A model generated the notes under the pieces. It made no database searches. It was not told the DNA's origin and saw only the letters and a list, made by a program, of their open reading frames with translations. A stretch of 63,663 nucleotides of DNA, counting the filler, from Candidatus Fermentibacterota bacterium (GTDB taxonomy: Bacteria > JAFGKV01): the NCBI GenBank assembly GCA_016928395.1. It is 5 parts of 5 records of this genome, joined end to end, with 100 filler letters (N's around TTAATTAATTAA, not from the genome) between each part and the next. Parts side by side here need not be neighbours in the genome. Positions count along the whole stretch, not along the records: positions 1 to 9,711 come from JAFGKV010000135.1; 4 more parts are not named here. One strand, written 5' to 3'. The translations under genes were made by a program, and so were the position numbers. Positions 1-8,555 of the stretch are shown in pieces. Every line of letters begins with the position of its first letter. Within the stretch, counting starts at the first letter, position 1.

Positions 1-250
1 AATCGCAATCGCTATCGCTATCGGAGCCGCAGCTCCGAGTACGAGTATGAGTACGAGGTCAGGATGTACTCTCAAACAAGTCGGGCCCTACGCAGCACTG
101 CGAGGAGCCGTTGCCTCGTAGGGGCGATCGTCCCTGGTCGCCCGCCGGGGCGGGGTCGGTATCGGTATTGCTATCGTTGTCGGTATCGTAGTCGAAACGA
201 CGAGCCGGGCATTCGAGTTCGAGCCTTCCATGTACTCTCAGACAAGTCAA
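1..250. repeat. Composite dispersed intergenic repeat, copy A
   Basis: Hexamer runs, TCGGAGC-cgca-GCTCCGA hairpin at 21-38, motif TGTACTCTCA(A/G)ACAAGT at 65-81 and 231-247, and a GTAG-type REP-like unit at 118-143. Positions 21-87 match the reverse complement of 28221-28302. Confidence 0.85.
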
Positions 251-451
251 GCACGCCCGGCCCCCTTTGCCCCTCTGCTTCCTTGCCCCTTCACGCTTGA
301 TGTTCGTGAATTCTCCACGGTTGACCTCGCGAGGCTCTCGATTCCCGGGCTTGGGCCGATTGCCGAACGCCCTCGCTCTTCTGTCTCTTGCGCGGATGAT
401 TCAGACCCGCAGGTTGATCACCAACGCTTTGTACATACACGCGACGATGTA

Positions 452-480
452 TGTAACCGCCCGGGCGATGCGTGCCACTA
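452..480 (+). promoter_or_regulatory. Candidate ECF-sigma promoter (autoregulatory)
   Basis: TGTAACC-N13-GTGCCACTA upstream of the ECF gene; same boxes and spacing recur at 2364-2392. Confidence 0.7.
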
Positions 481-587
481 TCCTTAGTGGATGCGCCGAG
501 GGAAAGGCCACCATGGGCATCGATGGAGACCGAGACCATGAGCAGAAGAGTGGGAATGATGAGCCCGGATGTGAGGAGCGCCCCGTC

Positions 588-1214
588 ATGATCTCTTCAG
601 CGTCCGCCCTGGACGGGCGGTCAGCCGGCATTGTGGCGCATTCTCCCCCGAAAGCGCTGGTGCTTACCCTCGATCCGGATAGGGCGGATATCGATGCCTG
701 CCTCCGGGGCGAGCACGATGCGTTCGCCCGGATTGTTCGCCGGTATGAGCAGAGCATCGCTCGCCAGCTCTGGCGGTTCACCCGGGATCGCGATGAGTTG
801 GAGGATCTGATCCAGGAAGTCTTCGTCGAGGCATATCGGGGGCTGCGTTCATACCGGTCGAACGCGCCGTTGCTTCATTGGCTTCGCCGGATCGGCACGA
901 GGGTTGGCTATCGGCACTGGAAGAGGCGAGAGCGGGATGCTGCCGCAATCGACTGGGGCAGTGTGGAGGGCTTTCCGTCGCCCGAAGAGCAGGCCCCATC
1001 CGAAGCGGCCGAGTACCTTTTCCGGGTCTTCGGGCGGCTGCCGTCAGAAGATCGTCTCGTGCTGACGCTGCTCTATTTCGAGGAATGCTCCACCCAGGAA
1101 ATCGCAACCCGCACTGGTTGGAGCCGGGCCTTGGTGAAGGTCCGCGCCTTCAGGGCGCGGAAGAGACTCAAAGCCCTCATGGAACAGGCGGGGTATCGGG
1201 AGGTGACGCCATGA
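588..1214 (+). CDS. ECF-family RNA polymerase sigma-70 factor
   Basis: Region 2 (AFARIVRRY, EDLIQEVFVEAY, WLRRI) and region 4 (LPSEDRLVLTL, EIA, VKVRAFRARKRLK). ATG 588 follows GAGGAG; 513 is an alternative start. Confidence 0.93.
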   Translation: MISSASALDGRSAGIVAHSPPKALVLTLDPDRADIDACLRGEHDAFARIVRRYEQSIARQLWRFTRDRDELEDLIQEVFVEAYRGLRSYRSNAPLLHWLRRIGTRVGYRHWKRRERDAAAIDWGSVEGFPSPEEQAPSEAAEYLFRVFGRLPSEDRLVLTLLYFEECSTQEIATRTGWSRALVKVRAFRARKRLKALMEQAGYREVTP

Positions 1215-1468
1215 AGGATCCGCTCGTCTACGTTCAGCGGGTTGCGGAGAGGGCCCGTCTCGATGAGGCCCCAGTGGTACATGCCACTAACGGAGTGATG
1301 GCCGCGATCCGGGCCGAGCACTATCGACGCGATCGCGTGCTCCCGTGGATGGTTGCGGCCTCGGCCGCGGTCGCCGCGGGCATGTCGGCTCAGTTGTTCA
1401 CCATAGCGCGCGCTTTGAGCAACCCCCTGGCCACATTGTTTCACATGTCGGCCACGCTCATCCCCTGA
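1211..1468 (+). CDS. Small single-TM protein, putative anti-sigma factor
   Basis: ATGA overlap with the sigma stop; 85 aa with hydrophobic stretch LPWMVAASAAVAAGM; typical position for an anti-sigma gene. Confidence 0.7.
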   Translation: MKDPLVYVQRVAERARLDEAPVVHATNGVMAAIRAEHYRRDRVLPWMVAASAAVAAGMSAQLFTIARALSNPLATLFHMSATLIP

Positions 1469-1477
1469 GAGGAAGCC

Positions 1478-1978
1478 ATGAGAGAGGAACACGCATCTGT
1501 TCAGTCCCCCAAGCGATTCCGCGGCCGAATGGCGCTGTACGGGGCTGTCCTCCTGATATGCGGCATGATCATCGGCGCTGGGGTGATGGCATCGGTGCTC
1601 TGGGAGCGTTTCCAGCATTCGGTGCGTGATCCAAAGGGGATGCCTGAACGCATTGCGGAGGACATGCGGCAAGGGCTCCAGTTGAGCGACGCGCAGGCCG
1701 ATCAAATCAAGGCTATCATGGAGCGGCACCGGGACGAGTTTGACGAGATTCGATCAGAGATGGAACCTCGGATACAGGCACACATGGATCAGGTCGATGC
1801 GGAGATCCGGGAAGTGCTTACGCCAGAGCAGCGAAGTGAGTGGGAACGCCGATTTGCCCGGGAGCGCCGCCGCTGGTCGCGGACTTCGGGCCAGTGGAAG
1901 GGGCCTCCCGGCCCTCCCGGCGAAGGAGGCCACCGGCCTCCTCCCCCTGGGCCTTTCCCTGACGAGGGCGACGAGTAG
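1478..1978 (+). CDS. Membrane-anchored periplasmic helical protein (Spy/CpxP/ZraP-like)
   Basis: N-terminal TM; LQLSDAQADQIKAI and VLTPEQR (LTxxQ motifs); Pro/Gly-rich tail. Confidence 0.75.
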   Translation: MREEHASVQSPKRFRGRMALYGAVLLICGMIIGAGVMASVLWERFQHSVRDPKGMPERIAEDMRQGLQLSDAQADQIKAIMERHRDEFDEIRSEMEPRIQAHMDQVDAEIREVLTPEQRSEWERRFARERRRWSRTSGQWKGPPGPPGEGGHRPPPPGPFPDEGDE

Positions 1979-2065
1979 GCTCTTTAGGACGCGAGCGAGG
2001 GTTTTGCGCCCCTCGACTCCGCCGAAGGTCAACGCCCTGAGAAGTAAAGAGGCGAAGAGGGCTGT

Positions 2066-2360
2066 CGAGTGAGGAGTGAGGAGAAGGGCTTGGCCAGTCG
2101 GCAATAGGCAGTAGCCAGTAGCCAGTCGGCAGTCGGCAGTAGCCAGTCGGCAGTCATGAACTGAGAACTGCGAACTGCAAACTACGAGCGGAGCGAAGCA
2201 TCCATTCGTCCATTCATCCATTCCCGTCGTTCCTTCATTCCACCCCTGAACCCTGGGTACTGCTCGCGGAGCGAAGCCGAACCCCGAACCCTGAACCCTG
2301 CTCGCAAGGCGAGCTGAACCCTGAACCCCGAACCCTGGGTACTGCTCACGGAGCGAGCCG
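2066..2360. repeat. Mosaic short tandem repeat tract
   Basis: Successive blocks of GAGTGAG, G(G/C)CAGT(A/C), GAACTG(A/C), TCCATTC and CCC(T/C)GAA, plus a 27-bp near-duplicate at 2248-2274 and 2330-2356. Confidence 0.85.
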
Positions 2361-2363
2361 TCC

Positions 2364-2392
2364 TGTAACCAAAGACGGCGGCGGTGCCACTA
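2364..2392 (+). promoter_or_regulatory. Candidate ECF-sigma promoter, second copy
   Basis: TGTAACC-N13-GTGCCACTA, 55 bp upstream of GTG 2448. Confidence 0.7.
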
Positions 2393-2447
2393 ATCGTGTG
2401 TAACCGGACGGGTCAGCCCGCCGATGATCTCGAGAAGGAGGAGATAC

Positions 2448-3425
2448 GTGATTCGTCGAATCGCATCGTACGGAGTACTCATCATTCTGGTCAGCACATC
2501 GGGCTGCGGCGAAGAGCCCGTGGGGAGCACCTGGGCCAATACCCCGCCGATCATCGATGGCGACAGCGCCGACTGGCCGATGTCGCACATGACTTACGTG
2601 GAGAAGACACGGGGCGTTATCGGCGTCGCCAATGACGATTCGATGGTCTACCTGCTCTTCCGTTTCCGTGATCAGAATGCCGCCAGGAAGGCAATGGTGG
2701 GAGGGGCGACAGTGTGGTGGTCCCCCAGCGGGACGAAGGATCGTGAAGCGGGAATCCGTTTCTCTCCCACCATGTCCATTCGTGACGTCATGCCCGGACG
2801 GCCTCCCGAGGACTCGGAGCCGGATGATGATTCCGAGGGGAACTCCGCCGCTCCCGCACCTCAGTCTCCTCCCGGAGGATTCGGCGACAGGCAGGGATCG
2901 CATCGGGAAGGGCCCGGATGGATGCCGGGCCAAGGCTTCGGCCGGCCCGTTGTACCGACCCCTGAAGAGGGCACCTTGCACAGCGACATCAGGCTGGTGA
3001 CGGCCCAAGACCCGGCGGGCATCTCGGAGTTCGAGGCGCTGGGCTTGAGGGCGCAATCGACCTACAGGAAAGGGACCTATGCCTATGAACTGGCCATACC
3101 GCTCGGGGCAGCCGGCGAACTCGGGATCGGCGCTGCCGACGGCAAGGCTTTTCTCTCGGTGGTCGTGGGCGGGGTATCCGATGAGGACAGGGATTTCGTG
3201 AAACAGACCAGCTCTTCCAGGCAACGGCCGAGTCAGCCGCCTGAGGGCGCAGACGATAGATCCGGAGGTGGGCCGGGCGACGACGGGGGCATCGGCGCGA
3301 CTGGAGGGGGCCGAGGAGGGAGGGGACCCGGCGGTGGCCGACGAGGTATGCCCAACCCCATGGAGGATCTCCTGGAGACGATTGAGGCCTCCTTCACCAT
3401 CACTCTGGCCCATCGTACGAAATAG
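2448..3425 (+). CDS. Lipoprotein of unknown function with Gly/Pro/Arg-rich insertions
   Basis: GTG after AAGGAGGAG; signal peptide with lipobox TSGC; PIIDGDSADW motif; low-complexity segments. Confidence 0.75.
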   Translation: MIRRIASYGVLIILVSTSGCGEEPVGSTWANTPPIIDGDSADWPMSHMTYVEKTRGVIGVANDDSMVYLLFRFRDQNAARKAMVGGATVWWSPSGTKDREAGIRFSPTMSIRDVMPGRPPEDSEPDDDSEGNSAAPAPQSPPGGFGDRQGSHREGPGWMPGQGFGRPVVPTPEEGTLHSDIRLVTAQDPAGISEFEALGLRAQSTYRKGTYAYELAIPLGAAGELGIGAADGKAFLSVVVGGVSDEDRDFVKQTSSSRQRPSQPPEGADDRSGGGPGDDGGIGATGGGRGGRGPGGGRRGMPNPMEDLLETIEASFTITLAHRTK

Positions 3426-3448
3426 CGGCGTTAAGAGAGATGAATCTG

Positions 3449-3507
3449 ATGCCCCACGCGCGCAACTGCGCCTCTCCGTGTCGCGGTGCGGTGCGCGCGT
3501 GGGGCAT
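3449..3507. terminator. Strong intergenic hairpin (terminator or mRNA stabiliser)
   Basis: Perfect 16-bp inverted repeat at 3449-3464 and 3492-3507; no U-tract. Confidence 0.45.
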
Positions 3508-3563
3508 GACTGCCTGAAGCGGCGGAATCATCCGATACCAGTGACTGACAAAGGGGTAGGAAG

Positions 3564-4928
3564 ATGAAGCGACTCGATAGGTTGACGCATAAGAGGGTGC
3601 CGGGAATGGCGGGGAGGGGCCGGGTGCTCGTGATCGCGATCTTTCTGGCGATCCAGACGGCGGCCGCGCATTCGTCGACCGTGCCGGACACTTTGGTGCT
3701 CTCGATGGAAGAGGCCCTGTCGGTTGCGCTGGCTCGCAATGTCGCCACACTGACCACGGGCGAGGCGGTGACGAGCCAGCAGGCAGCCCTCAACGAGTCA
3801 CGGTCGGCGTTTTTGCCCACAGCAAGTGCATCGGGATCATACTCCGATACGTGGGGAGAGCACGACGGGGGCCTTGCTGACGGAGGAGATGCTGCTCTGG
3901 GGGTCAGCATCACCGGATCTTGGACGATCTGGGACGGAGGCGGACGGTGGGCGGATCTTTCCCGTCAGTCAGCGGGTCTGCGCCGGGCGGAAGCATCGCT
4001 GTGGCGCACGAAACAGAGCGTGCTCCAGTCTGTCATCGAGGCATATCTCACGTTAGTCGAGGCCCTTCACTCCCTCGACAGTGCGGAGCAATCGCTCCAG
4101 CTGGCCCTGGCGACCAGCGAGAGAGTCTCCGGGTTGCTCAACGCAGGAAGGGCGACGGTCAGCGACGTGTTACGGGCGGATGTGAGTGTCGCGCAGCAGC
4201 GAACTGCCTTGGTGCGCTCTCGCAACGAGGTAGATACGGCCCGCCGCGAGCTGTCGGATCTGCTGGGAGGCCCTCCCCTGATTATGGTGCCTGTGGAGCC
4301 GGAGTTCGACCCTGTCACACTCCTGGCTGCGCCACTTCCTGATGGCGCGGAGGAGTCGACTCCCTCGGTGGCCATCGCCGAGGCGTCGCTGGCGCAGGCC
4401 CGCGCAGCCACCCAGGGGCAGAAATCACGCTTTCTTCCGCGGCTGAGCGCTTCGGCAACCTCGTCCTGGAGTGAGCAGGGGGGGAAGCTCGGGGAGCCCA
4501 ATCGCCGGGGATCACTCGCGCTCGGCTGGTCTCTGTTTGAAGGCGGCGCCCGCTGCTTCGCCCTCCAGGGCGCACGGGCATCCGAGCGAAGCGCGAACTG
4601 GGATCTGCAGGATACACGACGCCAAGCACGGAGTGACCTCCACCAGGCCGTGGCCGACATGCATGCGGCCGAAGCTCAGTGGGAAGCCGCGAAGCAGACC
4701 GTTGCCTTGGCCGAGGATTCCTATGCGCAGGAGACTGAGTTGTACAACCTGGGGCGCGCTACGTCGCTGGAAATCCTCACCGCACTGGACACGCTGAACG
4801 AATCGCGACGGGAGGAGATCGGCTCCCGCTACCAGATCCTACGTGCCTATGCGCGGCTGCGCGCAGTCCGCGGCACGCTCAATGCTGCCATGTTCAAAGG
4901 CAGCCACCTGCAGCCGGAGGCGATCTGA
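3564..4928 (+). CDS. TolC-family outer membrane efflux protein
   Basis: Signal peptide; two OEP repeats (LSMEEALSVAL, FLPTASAS, FLPRLSAS, YNLGRATSLEIL). Confidence 0.9.
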   Translation: MKRLDRLTHKRVPGMAGRGRVLVIAIFLAIQTAAAHSSTVPDTLVLSMEEALSVALARNVATLTTGEAVTSQQAALNESRSAFLPTASASGSYSDTWGEHDGGLADGGDAALGVSITGSWTIWDGGGRWADLSRQSAGLRRAEASLWRTKQSVLQSVIEAYLTLVEALHSLDSAEQSLQLALATSERVSGLLNAGRATVSDVLRADVSVAQQRTALVRSRNEVDTARRELSDLLGGPPLIMVPVEPEFDPVTLLAAPLPDGAEESTPSVAIAEASLAQARAATQGQKSRFLPRLSASATSSWSEQGGKLGEPNRRGSLALGWSLFEGGARCFALQGARASERSANWDLQDTRRQARSDLHQAVADMHAAEAQWEAAKQTVALAEDSYAQETELYNLGRATSLEILTALDTLNESRREEIGSRYQILRAYARLRAVRGTLNAAMFKGSHLQPEAI

Positions 4929-4929
4929 C

Positions 4930-6288
4930 ATGGGGAAATATCCAGGCAAGGGCAAGAAATGGCTGATCGGAGCCATCGTTGTGATCGGTGTCACGGCAGG
5001 AATCCTGGTGGCTCGCGGCCTGCGTCGTTCGGGCGGTGCCGCTGGGTATGAATTCACAATGATCGAGCGAGGAACCCTGGAGAACATCATCTCTGGCACC
5101 GGTTCACTCCAGGCCGTGGGCACCGTGGAGGTCGGCACGCAGGTATCCGGCACCATTGATACCATCTTGGTTGACTACAACGACCATGTCCATCGAGGGC
5201 AGGTGCTGGCAGTACTTGACACGACCTTCCTATCGGCCGGAGTCCGCGAGGCGCGCGCGGGCGTCCTGCGGGCACAGTCAGAGTATGAACGCGCACGGCG
5301 TGAATACGAGCGCGACAAGGATCTCTATGCGAAGCACTTCGTCACCGAGGTGCAGTATCTGGACTCCAAGACCTCCGTAGAAACTGCCCGGGCAAGCCTT
5401 CTCTCGGCAGAAGCGAGCCTCGACCGGGCAGAGGCGAATCTTCGCTACGCGGTGATCACATCGCCTATCGAGGGCACGGTCATTCAACGAAACAACGAAC
5501 CCGGCCAGACCGTTGCCGCAAGCCTCTCGGCGCCCACCCTGTTCCTCATCGCCGAAGACCTTGCCACCATGGAGATCCTGGGGCTGGTGGACGAGAGCGA
5601 CATCGGCTCGATCCGGGAGAAGATGCCGGTCAGATTCACGGTGGTGGCGTACCCTGACAGGGAGTTCGAGGGAACGGTGCGACAGATCAGGCTGCAGCCG
5701 GCGACAGTGCAGAATGTGGTCAACTACACCGTGGTCATCGATGCGCCCAACGGGGATGAACTGCTCCTTCCCGGCATGACCGCGACTGTTGACTTCATCG
5801 TCGAACGGGTCGTGGACACACTACTGGCGCCCAATGCAGCGCTTCGATTTCAGCCCACCGAGGTTATGGTTCAGACATTGCGGGACGCCGCCGAAAAGCG
5901 CATGAGCGACCTGCCGGATTCCCTTCGTGCACGGTTTGCAGAACGCAGGGAGCGCCTCGGAGCGGAGGCGGGAGGATTCCCCGGGCGGGCAGCCAGGGGC
6001 GGCGGAGTCGCCGACATGGCCCAGCTCTGGGTTCTGGATGAGCAGGGGAATCTTGCCATGGTGCCCGTACGCAAAGGCCCCACCGATGGCGCGAAGACCG
6101 TCATCACGCCCCTCCGCCCTCAGGGGCCGCCCAGCGGTGAGCTTGCCATAATGCCTCAGCCCGGCATTGTCGTGAAGGAGGGCCTCTCTGTGATCAGTGG
6201 CGTGAAAAAGGCGCAGGCCTCGGCGCAGGCCAAGAGCAACGCGGCCTTCTCCCAGCGGTTCGGCGGCCCCCCGGGGCCTCCCCGGTAG
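4930..6288 (+). CDS. Efflux periplasmic adaptor subunit (MacA-like)
   Basis: N-terminal TM; VEVGTQVSGTI, ITSPIEGTVI, VDESDIG, LLPGMTA. Confidence 0.92.
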   Translation: MGKYPGKGKKWLIGAIVVIGVTAGILVARGLRRSGGAAGYEFTMIERGTLENIISGTGSLQAVGTVEVGTQVSGTIDTILVDYNDHVHRGQVLAVLDTTFLSAGVREARAGVLRAQSEYERARREYERDKDLYAKHFVTEVQYLDSKTSVETARASLLSAEASLDRAEANLRYAVITSPIEGTVIQRNNEPGQTVAASLSAPTLFLIAEDLATMEILGLVDESDIGSIREKMPVRFTVVAYPDREFEGTVRQIRLQPATVQNVVNYTVVIDAPNGDELLLPGMTATVDFIVERVVDTLLAPNAALRFQPTEVMVQTLRDAAEKRMSDLPDSLRARFAERRERLGAEAGGFPGRAARGGGVADMAQLWVLDEQGNLAMVPVRKGPTDGAKTVITPLRPQGPPSGELAIMPQPGIVVKEGLSVISGVKKAQASAQAKSNAAFSQRFGGPPGPPR

Positions 6289-6294
6289 CGCTTC

Positions 6295-7062
6295 ATGCAT
6301 CCCGTCATCGACACCCGCGGTCTCTCCAAGACCTACCAGATGGGGCGCGTCGAAGTGCCGGCGCTACGGGACGCGACCTTCACGGTGGAGCGGGGGGAGT
6401 TCGTGGCCATCATGGGGGCATCGGGCTCGGGAAAGTCGACACTGATGAACCTGCTCGGGTGCCTGGATACCCCGACGGCTGGCGAGTACCATCTCGACGG
6501 CATCAATACCGCCGGCCTGTCTCGCAATGCGTATGCAGACATTCGCAATCGCAAGATCGGCTTCGTGTTCCAGGGGTTCAACCTTCTGGCCCGCACGTCG
6601 GCCCTGGAGAATGTCGAGCTTCCGCTCTTGTATGACCGGTCGGGCCGGGAGTTCGATCCGCCCAAGGCGGCGCAGAGCGCCCTTGAGCTGGTCGGCTTGG
6701 GCGATCGCCTCACCCATGAGTCGAACCAGCTCTCAGGCGGAGAACAGCAGCGGGTCGCCATCGCCCGCGCTCTGGTCAATGAACCCGCCCTCGTTTTGGC
6801 CGACGAGCCCACCGGCAACCTCGACTCACGAACATCGGTCGAGATCATGTTCATGCTGCAGGGCTTGAACGCACAGGGCATCACCATCCTGCTGGTGACC
6901 CATGAGCAGGACATATCTCTCTTCACGAAGCGGATCGTGCGTCTTCACGACGGAAGGATCATCAAAGACGAACCCGTGCACCACCGGACGACCCGCGAAG
7001 AAGCCATGGCCCAGCTCGATGCTCGCGGTCAGAGTCTCGGAGAAGGGAGGGATGGGTCATGA
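6295..7062 (+). CDS. ABC transporter ATP-binding protein (MacB/LolD type)
   Basis: Walker A GASGSGKST, signature LSGGEQQR, Walker B LADEPTGNLD. Confidence 0.95.
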   Translation: MHPVIDTRGLSKTYQMGRVEVPALRDATFTVERGEFVAIMGASGSGKSTLMNLLGCLDTPTAGEYHLDGINTAGLSRNAYADIRNRKIGFVFQGFNLLARTSALENVELPLLYDRSGREFDPPKAAQSALELVGLGDRLTHESNQLSGGEQQRVAIARALVNEPALVLADEPTGNLDSRTSVEIMFMLQGLNAQGITILLVTHEQDISLFTKRIVRLHDGRIIKDEPVHHRTTREEAMAQLDARGQSLGEGRDGS

Positions 7063-8276
7063 AGTGGTCGAGCCTTCCCAAGGTCGCGGTACGAAGCCTG
7101 CTGAAGAACAAGATGCGCAGCCTGTTGACCTCACTGGGCATCATCATCGGTGTCGGCGCCGTCATCATCATGGTCGCCATCGGTGAAGGCTCGCAAGTTG
7201 CCATCGCGGAGACCATCAACTCCCTGGGCACCAACATGATCATGATCCGTCCCAGTTTCAGCAGGATGGGCGGGGTAAGCCGGGGCGCCGGAAGCCACAA
7301 TCGCCTCACCATGGATGACGCGGAGACGCTCAAGAGCGAAGCGACGCTCTGCCGGTGGGTGTCGCCGGTGGTGAGCTCCGGCGATCAGGTCATCGGCGGC
7401 GCGGGGAACTGGAACACCAGCATCATGGGTGTCGATGTTGACTATCTCAGTATCAGGGCCTGGGAATTGACGTCCGGCGAATTCTTCACCGAGCGTGACG
7501 TGCGCGCCCGGGCAAAGGTCGCCGTCTTGGGGAAGACGGTCGCCGATGAGCTATTCCCGGGGCAGGACCCAGTGGGAGAGAGACTTCGCATCAGGAACAC
7601 GCCCTTCATGGTCATCGGTCTGCTAACCGAGAAGGGAGAAGATGCCATGGGCAGGGACGAGGATGACGTCGTGATGGCCCCCTCCACCACGGTGTTCTAC
7701 CGCCTCAGCGGTGGGGGTCGCATCCACATGATCGTCGCCAGCGCGGTGTCGCCCGACAGCCTGGAAGCCGCCCAGGAGCAGATTATTGGCCTGATGCGAA
7801 CCGCTCACAAGCTTGCTCCGGCAGAGGATGATGACTTCGCAGTCAATACACAGACGGAGATCGTCGAGCGGGCATCGGAGACGGCCCAGGTCATGACCGT
7901 GCTCCTGGGGTCCATCGCGGCAGTCTCGCTGCTGGTAGGCGGTATCGGGATCATGAACATCATGCTGGTCTCGGTGACGGAGCGAACCAGGGAGATCGGC
8001 ATCCGCATGTCAGTGGGCGGCCGTGGTAGTGACATCCTGCTCCAGTTTCTGGCCGAGGCCATCCTGCTGAGCCTCGTCGGAGGCATCATCGGCATCCTGC
8101 TCGCCTTCGGTATTGCATATGCACTGGAGCACATCTGGCATATTCGAACCGTCATCGACCCCGCCATGACCGTTCTGGCCTTCAGTTTCTCCGGAGTGGT
8201 GGGTGTCTTCTTCGGCCTGTACCCGGCCCGGAAGGCCGCCGCGCTCAACCCCATCGATGCGTTGAGACACGAGTAG
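7059..8276 (+). CDS. ABC transporter permease (MacB/FtsX type)
   Basis: RSLLTSLGIIIGV, GGIGIMNIMLVSVTERTREIGIR, PARKAAALNPIDALR. Confidence 0.95.
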   Translation: MKWSSLPKVAVRSLLKNKMRSLLTSLGIIIGVGAVIIMVAIGEGSQVAIAETINSLGTNMIMIRPSFSRMGGVSRGAGSHNRLTMDDAETLKSEATLCRWVSPVVSSGDQVIGGAGNWNTSIMGVDVDYLSIRAWELTSGEFFTERDVRARAKVAVLGKTVADELFPGQDPVGERLRIRNTPFMVIGLLTEKGEDAMGRDEDDVVMAPSTTVFYRLSGGGRIHMIVASAVSPDSLEAAQEQIIGLMRTAHKLAPAEDDDFAVNTQTEIVERASETAQVMTVLLGSIAAVSLLVGGIGIMNIMLVSVTERTREIGIRMSVGGRGSDILLQFLAEAILLSLVGGIIGILLAFGIAYALEHIWHIRTVIDPAMTVLAFSFSGVVGVFFGLYPARKAAALNPIDALRHE

Positions 8277-8293
8277 GTCCTCGCTGCGCGAGG

Positions 8294-8405
8294 CGTTGAC
8301 GGTGTGCGGTTGACAGTTGACGGTTCACGGTTCACGGTTCGCGGTTGACGGTTCACGGTTCGCGGTTGACGGTTCGCGGTTGACGGTTCGCGGTTGACGG
8401 TGCAC
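8294..8405. repeat. Heptamer tandem array, consensus GGTT(GA/CA/CG)C, 16 units
   Basis: Exact 7-bp periodicity read directly from the sequence. Confidence 0.9.
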
Positions 8406-8555
8406 GGTAGAGACGCCAGGCGTGGCTCCTGGCGGCGCGGTTGGGGTATGATGAGCCGGCGGAGCGTTGCACAGCCGTTGCGCCCGACCCCCGTGGCGAC
8501 GCGCGACAAGACCTCTCATCCCTGAAACGGCACGACTATCCTTGGGAATCCAGCC

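Noticed and set aside
65..247. TGTACTCTCA(A/G)ACAAGT repeats and heptamer tracts as a CRISPR array
   Set aside because: Only two 17-bp copies per locus, long repetitive spacers, and no cas genes.
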